Source: Balanoglossus misakiensis
Lineage: Eukaryota; Animalia; Hemichordata
NCBI GenBank assembly: GCA_040954595.2
Contig: CM082588.2
Span: 1,107,935 to 1,171,934, forward strand
Direction of reading: 5' to 3'
Length of the DNA stretch: 64,000 bases
The notes beneath the pieces are model-generated. The model was not told where the DNA came from, ran no database searches, and saw nothing but the letters and a program-made list of their open reading frames with translations. Shown in pieces: positions 37,101-49,100 of the stretch. Positions within the stretch are counted from its first letter, which is position 1. Each line of letters starts with the position of its first letter. Both the position numbers and the translations under genes were made by a program.

Positions 37101-40100
37101 ACATTCAATAAAGTCACACAGTTCAATAAAGTCCAGACACACTCGAAAAGTCTGACTGAGCTATCTACAGAGTGATTGACAGATGTTGTGTCGATACAGG
37201 ATTAATTTCTGGTTTCCAAGTTGCCACCTCTAAGAGTTCAGCAACAGTAAATGTCAGGTCTGACACAACAGATTTTCGATCGCACACTTGATTACAACGC
37301 TATCCATTCTCATTAACACAAACAAGCAGTCAAATCCTACGCAATATAAAGATTGAAGCTTTTACGTTTCACTTCAATGCAGAACACATTTGTGTGTTCA
37401 TATTCTAGCAGTAAAAGTGGACGTCTTGAGAAGTTCATTTGTATTCTGTCTGCATACAACAACTTCCTCTGCTGACGTCATCATCTGAATACAGCTGGCA
37501 ATCAAATAAAAGTTTAAGATGTCTACGGACCACAACAACATTAAGTGCTTAGTGCTTTGGTCCCCAAAGACTATCATAAGGTCATCTCATTTTTAAAACT
37601 CATGAAACACTTTTATGGTTCAGGTTGAAAAATGCAAAAATATAAATATCATATTCCTGAATAATACATATTTTCGGCAGTTTAGTGGGACATTCTTGGA
37701 TGATTTAGGAAAGGTATACCAGCACTTCGGAAAATGTTTTGAATCCAATTCTATATTCACAACTCAGTAATGTCCGCATGGATGTAATACAAAGCATTTG
37801 CCAAGTAATCCTTGTGTATTTATGTCATCAATAGAACTATTGCCTGCCTGCCACAGTTTCTGAGTTGGCAACTAGCCATCAATGACACGACACATATAAC
37901 GCCGTTAACTGTTAAAAGATAGTGACAACTGGAATGAAATAAATTCAGAAATGTGACCAGCATTCTTTTTGACACTTAGGGAGACTTAAAACAGGCCTTA
38001 CAGATGTACCATAGCGCCTATGTTTTCATTTTATAGAGATATATCAAGATCCCCCCTGGATACGTTTGCTTCCTGTAGCTGTAGACATCCACCCCTACAT
38101 TTAGTTATTGCTCATTCACGTAAAAGAGACAAGAATTTGTATGATGGTTATGATGCATGTAGTGCCAAGTCATAAATATCATAAATATCAAACTGTCTTG
38201 CTGACGCAAACAAAAATTTCCTGAAGATGACATCTGATATTTATGCTTTGTGTTATTTTGGATAAAGGCATCTCATGCTTGATTGAACAAGAAATCTCCT
38301 ATTGAGTTTTCGGGTGGTCAGTTTCATTTGCTGTCTGCCGCTATAAATAAATAAAAATGTTTAAAACGCACCGATCAACGACAGCGTTATGCGACTTTTC
38401 CTGTGTTTCTATCAAGCGTAAATGTAAACTGGGTTCTACAATGGGTTTGGTTGCTGACTTTTATAAAACGTTCCAGTTCAAATGTTACGAGTTTACTTAG
38501 GGGCATGTTTGACGTCATGAAATATCTCTTGCACGGAAAATCCTACTTAGGGGGATATGCCACCTTGATTTTCCTCTTCTTCCCAGATTAGAAGAAATCC
38601 GCACACACTGACCTCTCGGCAATCACTAGTTTACTTTCCGGTTTTACTGCCAAGGTTTTGAGACTTCTGAATTTAGCTAGATTTCGCTATTCATAAATGC
38701 ATAATACATGAGTAAATTTCATACAAATTGGATTGTACACTATACTGACTAATTCAATGACAGCGCTTGAATTAAAGTCAATCTCTTATTATTGCAATAA
38801 CAGAAATTATGTCATCTTTATCATCATACCAAGTTACCTAGCAACCAAACTGGTTGGACGAGATCGCATGTATGGAATCAATAACAAACTAATCAAACTT
38901 AATAGTCAAATAAATCTAATGTAACACTAAACACGATCTTATTTGAATAACTCTTTGATAATGTCTCTGTTGACAGAGTTGCATCTTGGACATCGATACA
39001 CCTCTTCGCTTTCAGAGCATCTGAAGAAACTGGGTGTCGGAATGCGACTGATTTCAAACTCTGTTCACCAACAATATTCACCTCAAGAAATATGCAGTTA
39101 TCTATTTTGATGAAGGTTTACCACTCTTAAGAGAAATGTTAAAAGGCAACCTGAAAGGTCATAGAATAATTGGCCTTACAGCGATTAATTCAAGAGCTTG
39201 CAAAGTATTTGTATCAGCAGCCTAGAAATAACTGAACGTAGCTATGTAGCCTGCTTTGATAAGAATCATTTGCATATCAAGATCCTGACATGAAAACAGA
39301 GCCGAAGGATTCGTTGATCATTAACAGAATCACCTAAGGGGAATCCCAAAACTTTTTCATTTCTGATGTCATGATTTTAAAGTTTCCAAACACTAAACTT
39401 TCAAAAAAATTCTTTATTTTCTCCAAATTCTATCAAAATTTGAAAACTATAAACACAAATGATATCAATGCTTCAAATCTGATGAAACGTTCCTTAGTAT
39501 TTAACGTTTTTTGTTGTTGCTTGTATTATAAATATCTTTCAGATTTTTGTTGTCACCTGACGAGACAAAACCCAAACTGATCATTGTGAAAATTTTTGTT
39601 TCAAAGAACGCTAAGCCACCAGCATTTAATTTTGTGGAGGTAAAACATGGAAGACCTTGTTTTCTAATCTCCAGAAAGTTAAATAGCCTTCAAAAAGTTA
39701 ATGGTGCATACCGAATAAGCGATGTGGTGGTATAAAACCACAACATTAGTGATCATCGACCAAGATACCAAAGGGACCCCAGACTAGAGAAATGTCCCAG
39801 ATGAAACCCATGGACAACTTTCCAAGGCCTACCCGTTCACTTTTGTGAAACTGGATCTATCTCTTATCCAATCAGTGCATTCTTTAGCAAATTAAGCTCA
39901 GTATATCATTTTTCATAATATTTCCTATTTCTAACAGAATTGCATAATAGTTTGCAATACTATTTCCTAACTTCCAAAAGAACTGTGCAATGTCCAATTA
40001 CATGTACTAGCTATAGCGGCATCTGTCTACGTACCTTTTCCGAACCCCACAATCCATGTTTAATATATAGTCCTGTACTTCCTCACTGACAACCATTCTT

Positions 40101-43100
40101 TCATGAGTACCGGTACATTTTATGTGCCGAATAAAATCTAATAAACACTCCAATGAGTGTGTATCTGAATAGGGGAAATTCCCCAAGAACTACAATGGGT
40201 ACAGCCATGAACATGTCTATCAATGCAGTGAAAGTCTGTGTACAGACCTAATAACCCCATTGAACACAAAGGAACTGAGCGACACAGGTTAGACAAGGGA
40301 TCGTTCGTTGTCTTGGTTCTTATATGTCAAGGGCGAAGACAATGGCAAGATTTGTTTTGGTGACTGTGAACACTGGAATGAGAGGTATAAGATTGACACA
40401 ATGTTGCTACGTGAAATCTGTCAAAAGTCGGTGCTTAACATGACCGGCTATGTGGTATGCGTACAGGCATTAAATATCAAAGGGTAAAATAGAAGCAGAG
40501 AAACTTACCATGATGGCGATGTAATGCCTATATTCATAGGGTAGAGGTCCATCTCCCCTCAGCATGTAATTTTGAGTCTGGACAAACTGTTCCAGGTACT
40601 GTGGATGGAATCCCATGACTTGGGTTATGTGGTCCAAGCGACTCGTCTGAAGGAAGACATCGATAAACATTCGACTTTGCTGTAAGAGAGGACAATCGCA
40701 CATTTGAGAGACCGGGAGACAGATCAGTAGCCTTAAATCCGGGTGACGGCCGCTACAATAACCCGTGGTCACACACAGCGGACACTCGGAACAAGATCTC
40801 TCGTTGTCAGTTCTCACTCACGGGTTGAAATACTGGTAAAATTTCCTTCTCTGTGAGACGGAGAGCGAACAGACAAACGCTCAAAAGACAGCAACCAGAA
40901 AAAACATCCAACCCACTCCGGCTTGAGTGATTAGAAATTTATTCACAGACGCATATACACCACTCGTACATCACATCAGCTGATACAGAGGCTCATAAAT
41001 ATTAAGTGGTCGACTCCATTCGTCTAAGGTACAAGACAAGGTCACTTAAGTGGACGGCCTGAAGGGAATATAATTCCTATAAAGGCCAATTTCTAATCTT
41101 CAAAGACGAGTTTATAAGCAACACTGGACAACACACCTAAACTGACATGGAACAGACCAAAGACAATACTTCTTCATGATGTCCGCATTGAATATGTACG
41201 TCGATCTAGAACGTCACGCATTCAAAATTCAATTTCTGGTGTTTGTGTCATTTTATATTGAAAGAATAAATTATTAATAAGCAGAAACCATTAATAACCT
41301 GCCAAGGCAACCGAACACTATAGACAAAAGTGATCCAGGCCATTGTTTGCAAATCCATAGGAGACCTGCTTTCCTAGGGACCATACGGTAATCAGCATAC
41401 AATGCAGTTATTTTATGTTTTGCAATAATCCCCACCCACTAAGGAAAACACATCGTCAGATAATCAAGGAAATTTACTGCAATGGCTCATTAAAACTGAA
41501 ATAGATTACGGGATATTGAAAAACATGCGCTGTCAGCGAGTCTTGCACAATCGTTCTCGCCTACACGTACACCTGGCGATATTGTTCTGTCTTAAACAAT
41601 GGTCATCTTGACCAGTCTACCTAGAAAAACAACCCTTTCAGTTTGTGGGTGAAATAAAACACTTTTCAGTTCAGCCGAACAATGCAATACCCACAATGCT
41701 GTATCAGAAGTCGGTCAAACTTGCTAGAACATTAGCCACTAGAGAAGAGATCTAAATGTCAGGAATCTCTGGTCATCTGATCGAAAAACATACCACCTAG
41801 TACCTGTAGCCTTTGGCCAGATACCCTTTGGTCAGTATTTGATAATGGAGACATGCCACAATAATTATCTTCTTTGGTGAAAACATACCACATTCAATGA
41901 AAACGCCAAAAAAAAAACACCATTTCAATGAGAACTCAACCATTCACATTCACGTAATCCATTGCTCAGGTCAATATCTTATTGTGTAGCAGCACAATTG
42001 AAAGGGAACACCTTTGAAGTTTAGCACACTGTGACTCACATTGTTGACCATCACCTCCGCAAACATTTCCTGTTCTCCCAAATGGCTTCTACGTCAAACA
42101 CAAGATCCCTAAACGCTTCAGGAGTGTACAGTAGCATCTGTCTTGTGCTGGAGCTTCAACCAGAATAACCAACTAGTTTGCTCGTATGCTAAAACTTTCA
42201 CGCCAACGCAATAAACCATGTTGCATCATCATATCTGACTTGATGATGCAATCATTTGACTTGGTCTATTCGTTCCAGGAAACAGGAAGGTGCAGTTCGG
42301 CATACACACAAGACCCGCAATTCTTCATTTCCAGTCAATTTGACTTTATTTTAACTTCAATGAACAGGGGTAACGTCCCTCTCCCTCAACACCACAGCAA
42401 CTGGGAACGATGAACGAAACATGTTCAGACATTCCAGGGCAAAAAAGGGTAAAGTTTGTCACATATAAAGCAGAGTCCGTCCGAGATCTCTGAGATTGCA
42501 TCATCCCGGACACTCTACCTACCCAATGCCGTTATTCAGGACACAGCCATTAAACCCTACAAGGCCAATGTCATGGCCGTTCGGGTTTGAAGAAGGGAGT
42601 AGATAGACCACCCTGTTTACATGTTTTGAAGAGCAGTGTACAGTCCAAATAAAATCCCTACCCGCAGAGGATGATGAAATACCAAAGGGTGCACGTACGG
42701 CTTTAAGTTTTGCTCTAGGGTACATGCTGCGTAAATCGGAACCTCTTATCAAACACTGCGCAGGAAGCTTTCAATGCCAAATCTAAATTATTGATAAAGA
42801 TTGCTTTCTTAAATGATAATCATGGAGTAAACAGGCCTGTTTTCATTCCTGATTTCACCGGTACTCAAATCAAAAACACATACATGTATGGCATGTATTC
42901 CCGAGACTGATTTCTAAACTGACCTCTCAGATTATCATTATTAAACATGCCAGACCACAGACTTTGGAGTAACAGAGACTATGCCCAGACAAAACAACAC
43001 CTGTACCTAAGAAATCAGGCTTTGCTTTCATTCGTGATCACGAGACTATCTGCTAACTCTGTAACCCTGCAACCTGACTTGACAAATCTAATAACGCAAC

Positions 43101-46100
43101 TTCGCTATCGAAAAACCAACAATAAGTCGTGAGGGGATGATGAGCTAGATTTAGGCTCGATACGAGAAATCATTGTTACAGATTTCATTGTCTTTCTAAC
43201 GCCTACGCTAATGCACCCTACCCTACTATTCATTTACATCACAATATCAACCAGGAACAATTCATTTGTCAATTTCATATTTCTGAAATATGAGAGCATA
43301 TCTTGCACCCAGCTAAAATTAGCCACTGTCGTGTCTTGCATTGACAAGTCTTATCAGTGACTATCGTGATTCTAATGGTTCTGTCAATCAAACTGGCGTG
43401 ATCTGTGTCGTTTGTTTCCAATAGTGTGATCACAGTCTAAAAATAACCACAAACGGGCACAAATCATCCAAAAGAATCCATCCCTTCAATATGATAACAT
43501 TTCAGCAATGTTGACACTGTTTTTTTTTCAAAACAAGTTTTCTTTACTTTCAAAGTTGCAGTCCCAATTTAAGGACTGTCTGCATTAGTCTATTGCAACT
43601 TGCAAGGAAATTTTGGTGGCTGTTTCTCCTGTCTATTCCATTTAAACAATGCTTTGTTGTACCAGGTACCATCTTTCATCTGACCCTGTCACCAAATCGT
43701 GAGTAGCAGGGCTCCAATGGAGATAAAAGTGCGACACACAAGTCGTACAACAATCATCCACCGCACTCTCCGTGCCATGACCTCAATAAAATGTCTGCCA
43801 AGCTATCGTCCCGTATTTAGGTCATGCCCTGACATCGAATGGAGGGCAAAAGAAAAAGGAAAAGGCTCTTATGAATTCACATTGTTCATTTGGTCATTAT
43901 TGAATCGCCTGTTTAACTGAAATTGATTTCATCACTCTGTCTGAAGTAGGAGGTCATGAAAGGGGGTTTAAAATTCAGGACACGGGCGTGGACAAATTGC
44001 GCCCTCACACACCAATGTCACAAACGCAGGTGGATCTTTAATAATTATAAAATCAATGGTCAAATGCAAATGAGCAGAACGTGTGGATGTACATGTAGGA
44101 TCTATCGGTTTAATCCACAGCTGAGGACAGAGTACACAGTCTCTAAACGCCCAGATTACCCAAAGTCTCCCCACAACACACAAAGAACACCCCTGTCCAA
44201 ACGTTTGACAAATGAACCAACCCCAGACTGATAGGGAATCACTATTGATCTGAGAGATAAACCCTGCCATGACTAGGTGCGTGTTGCCATGAAAATCACC
44301 TTGGTTACCATGGCAGGCTACGTGCAAGAGGTCAATCAGTCAGCTAAGCTGTGTCCACTTATAAGAGATAAACATGCTATTTTGACCGAAAACTGTCATC
44401 TTTGATTAAGTATGCTAATTGAAGATGCCAGTATGTTGACAAGTGTCTTGTCCGATTTATTTATACGCATAATTCAGGGTTGTTTTTTATTTGTATTTTT
44501 ATGTTTTTAAAGCGAGTCCTCGGCATATGGTTGATAACTTTAGTATCACTTGTATCACAAATACTTCAGACGCACACGTATTCAAATCAACAAGTGACTC
44601 ACTCCGCAAAACACCGGCTACATCTCACGCCACATAGTGACATCATGACTTTAGTGTCCCAGAGACACAATTTCAAACAACCTTCACATCAGAATTAACT
44701 GCGCAGGTCTCTAATCAATATATCAATTCCCTATTATTTACGCGTGAAAAGCTACTATTGTTCCTCGTTTTATGTCATATGGGGGACGTGGTCAGAGAAG
44801 AATGCAAAGTGTCCTGGCTGATGTCAGGCCATAGTACTCGGGACTGGGTCAAACCAGAATGAACAGGGTAGGACTGCTATAAAAGTGGGATGGTCACTAT
44901 TGGTCATTTTAAGAGACCAGCTGATCTGACCACAATACTGTTGGTAGGAGAGGGTGTGTTAGCCACTCAGTTGGCCACACTACGAATGTTGGACTTAGAG
45001 GGGGTTAGTAGACAAGCTGCTTAAAGTCCCTGTCCCTACAATCCCTGGAAACTTGCCACACATATTCTCTCCTTCTCTGTCTCTCTCTCTCTCTTCCAAA
45101 TAAAACTCACCTCTTCATTGTCTGTGTCAGTTTGAACAACCTGCAAGATAATAGAAGAAAATACGAACAAATTAACAATGAAAAAAGCACAATTTTACCA
45201 GGATATTATCATCACAGAAAACAAAAGTGACATAATATAACAAACATATCAGTAATATTCTGGAAGTTTTTCTCTGGGGACAACAAATATCAGACACACA
45301 AATGAACACATTAGAAACTCTTTCCCATCTCATTCATTTATTCTTCTCTCTTTCTATCGCTCTCTGTGTCTCTAGTCTCTCTCTGTATACCACAATTTTC
45401 TCTCCTCTCCCTCCCATCCCTTTCTCTCTCTCCCTCCTGCTCTCTCTGTGCACCTTCATATTCTATATCTCGGACTTCCACCATCATCTCAACAAAGTAT
45501 ACCAGCATTCTTTAACATACTCCTTGGTCGCTATCGTGACGTCACCTTGAGTACATGTTTACAGAAACACACACGTCTCTACTAAATACTTTGCTGGGTG
45601 AGAGTCCTAATCGAAGTGTGCTATTAAAATGCTGATAAAAGTCAGTTTATTTGTTGCATTCTACCACTGGAATGTTTACAGGGCCATGATGGTATGGACG
45701 GCTGGCATCAGTCTTGTCCGACCGTAAGAAATCCATATCTACTTTCAATAATCATGCCTACGCCATACATTTGACAATACAAAGTACATATACAGTACAT
45801 TTAATTTATGAAAATAACTTGAAGTCTAGGTTACTGACCGGTATAACATATGGCTTTAATAGGAGAGGTAAAACTATTTATCAAGATCATCTGTAACTAT
45901 TTTGCCCAGTGACTAATCATGCCATATATATGCCACGCATTAATATATATTTTAAAGTGAAGAATGAAATAATGACAGAAAACATTTAGAAAATTGCTAG
46001 ATTATTTCAAATACACCTTTCCCTTATATTATGAGAAATACTGCTTCAAATCAGTGTTTTTAATGCATTTAACAGCAAAAACGGACACATAAATCCTTAA

Positions 46101-49100
46101 TAGTGTGATGTCATTGCAATGACATCATACATTTAATATGCAAACAGAATATCGGGTGATGGCACATTCCATTATTGGAACAGGGGGTGTCAGCACACAG
46201 TTACCTGTACATTTACTTGCATCCAGTTCTTTCATATTTAAATGTTCTAGATGTTTAACAAATCACAATCGCACGATAAAAAGCGATCCCCTATCAGAAC
46301 TTTTAAAAAGTCACCTTGCGGGGAATGCTTATTTCAGATAATATACTTAACAATCTCCGATTTGGGAGGTCAGTAAACAGTAACCCTGGAAGCAGATAAC
46401 AGCATCTTAGAACCCTGCCACGTGAATCTCAGATCACCTGTCAGATGGCCAACAGGGTTTATGCAGCAGACGCCATGTGTTAAATAAAATTTGTACCAAT
46501 CTAGGATTGATATAAAACATGTAAGCATCTGCCAACTTTATTTTACAGTCAGGGATGTCTGCTCCAGTCAAACAAAGCACAGTACCCTAAGGCAACACAC
46601 AACTTGACCGAAAAACAAACATCTTCACATAGACCATCATCAATCACGACTAAGGAACGAAAGTGACATACAAAATACATTGGAATCCAGGGCAGGGGAC
46701 ATCGGAAGGATGAATAAACAAAATTTGAATGGAAGTTCAGTAATTTGCATCATACCATTGTCTTCTATGAGAACCCACTCATTCTCCGAGGTTATTATAT
46801 TTTTCATACACGTACATATTTAGCCTGGCCTCACTGAGAACACCTGCCAGTTTCAGCTCAATTTACACACAGTTCGCGATCATGTTTTAATTCGAGTGAA
46901 TCAACACATTAAAAAGTTAGAAGTACTGGTATGCAAGGCTTGTGACTGACCATGATGGAGCCTTGTTGATGTTTGTAACTGAACACTTTTGGCACAATTA
47001 CAAGTGATCTCATTCTGAATCTGGGCGTCTTGTTACCTGCAAACTTGAGCTTTTGAACACAATTCAGATTTTAAATGCGAGTAAAATCTCTGTCAAACAT
47101 GACTGGCTGAAGAATTTTAATCTGTGTTACCAGGTAGCTTGATGAATGATGCATTTTCCAGGGTACCACCATGCTACGTCGAAATTACTTTTAATTTAAC
47201 CGACTACAACACCAGGCAACCCAAACAACAGATTCACTTGCACTTTTCACCCTATTCCTGTAACAAAATCCTCGGCTGAAGTTGCTGTCCTTAAAAGACA
47301 AGGAAGGCTTACACCACAAGGCCAGGGTACACTCAGTTGTTACAATCGACTTTCTTTCCGAGTTCTTCACCTTGTAACTTTACACTACATGTGCACACAC
47401 GCCACGAAGGATACATGGACGTCAGTATACACGCAGCTGTTCTGCAACTGAGCTTTTGGAGTGAAATCTAACCTCCCGGGTCAAACACATAAAACCTTAA
47501 ATAATGATCTCCCGATAGATCTTGATCGCTCTGGCAAGAAAGACATTTTGTTAGCCCCTGGGATTCCATGGTAACCAATGAGGTAACAAGATGACGTACA
47601 TCGTCCGCACAAAAGAGCGGAGATGAAATTATGAAAATTTGACTCCTGCTTTGAGAGGCTCAGTCGATTACTGGACTCAAAGGAGCCTCAATAAAGCTAC
47701 GATTACACTCATTTACAGAAAGTCTAGAACTCAGGTGGGCAACTCTATCCTTTAACACTTCAAACCCACTATCAAGATGTTGTCAACCAGGTTTATGCGA
47801 TCAGCAATAAAGCTACTTATTCAGGCAAAACACGCCAAGGCAGGCAAGAGGAGGGAGTAAAGGCCGGTTTCTTCAAGCATCCTTCATATCTATACAAATG
47901 TACCTTGTGCTTTGCGTTTTGCCAACCAGGTTCGATTTATTCATCAATTCCCTCCGGTCAAAACTGCAAACGACACGTATAGTTTGTCCATTTAGGTGCC
48001 GGCCATTACAGCTACTTGACTCAAAAACACATAATCACTTCCCTTCCTATATATAAGCACAGAGGAAAGAGATATTTCTCGCATTCAATAGACTCATTTG
48101 CATGATTGCCGGAAAAGCAAGATTAATTTCCTTCTTTCAAACTATATTTCACCCAGAAAAAGCTAAAACTGCAATTAAAGTTCTGGAAATAGCCAATCTG
48201 TCCGGAAAAGTCCAGGGTGGAATGTTTTAAATATATCCCTACCAGGTAGATCGTTTTCAATACAAAACATCAAATGTGTAAGGTGTAAAAAATGTTTCAA
48301 GAACACTCCCTGAAATTGTTGTTTTACTACCTCAGCATACATTCAACACTGACAGTGACATTTGACCTGATGACTTGCACCGGCACACGTAGTCACACAA
48401 CGTACACAGCTGACGGACTATTGGTCTTTGTTTGGGTAACCTTGCATACCAAAAACCAGGGAGCGCTTTGAAATTGGCCATTGCTATTACCAGAGTGACC
48501 AAGTAAATTATTACCCCTTCCCTTCAGCCGCCCACCCCTCTAATTCAGCACATAATACTTGTTTGCTTGCGATAAGCCCTACAAACAGCCGAGGTACCAT
48601 TGTTTGAGAACGGTGCCATTGTTCCAAATCACATGGGACAGACACGGACACAAGATCTGGATCTGGATCATACACGTGTGGAGATGAAAGCTGATGACGA
48701 GGCGAATGTGGCGAAGACAACCAATGAGATGGTAAACGTGACTTTCGTCATGTGCACAAGGCCTGTCATTGACAATGCTACATACATTCTACAGACTTTT
48801 ATTACACGCTTTTCAATACAGTGACAATGTGAAACTTGAACAATAATTGTGACTTGCAAAGAATAGAAATGACAATGCAAATTTTGACCATCAAATAATT
48901 TATTTATAGCACAGTCGAGAAATTTAATACTTCAAATAGACCGGTATTACAAAGTGGTCAAATATTAGCATTTTGGACCCATTATTCTACCTGAAAAGCT
49001 GCGAAATGCTAAATCCTGCTTGACTTATTGACAGAGAAGACCGTAAAAGGGCACATTAGCATTTGAATCCATTCGTTGTGACATCAAAGGACAGTACAGG

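Noticed and set aside
39336-39700. AT-rich segment starting CTAAGGGG with the look of a non-autonomous DNA transposon
   Set aside because: No matching terminal inverted repeat or second copy could be found by eye.
47904-47963. 60-nt exon-like segment (TTTGCAG|...AAG|GTACAT) on the minus strand
   Set aside because: Stop at the second codon in the required phase 0; no sestrin similarity.
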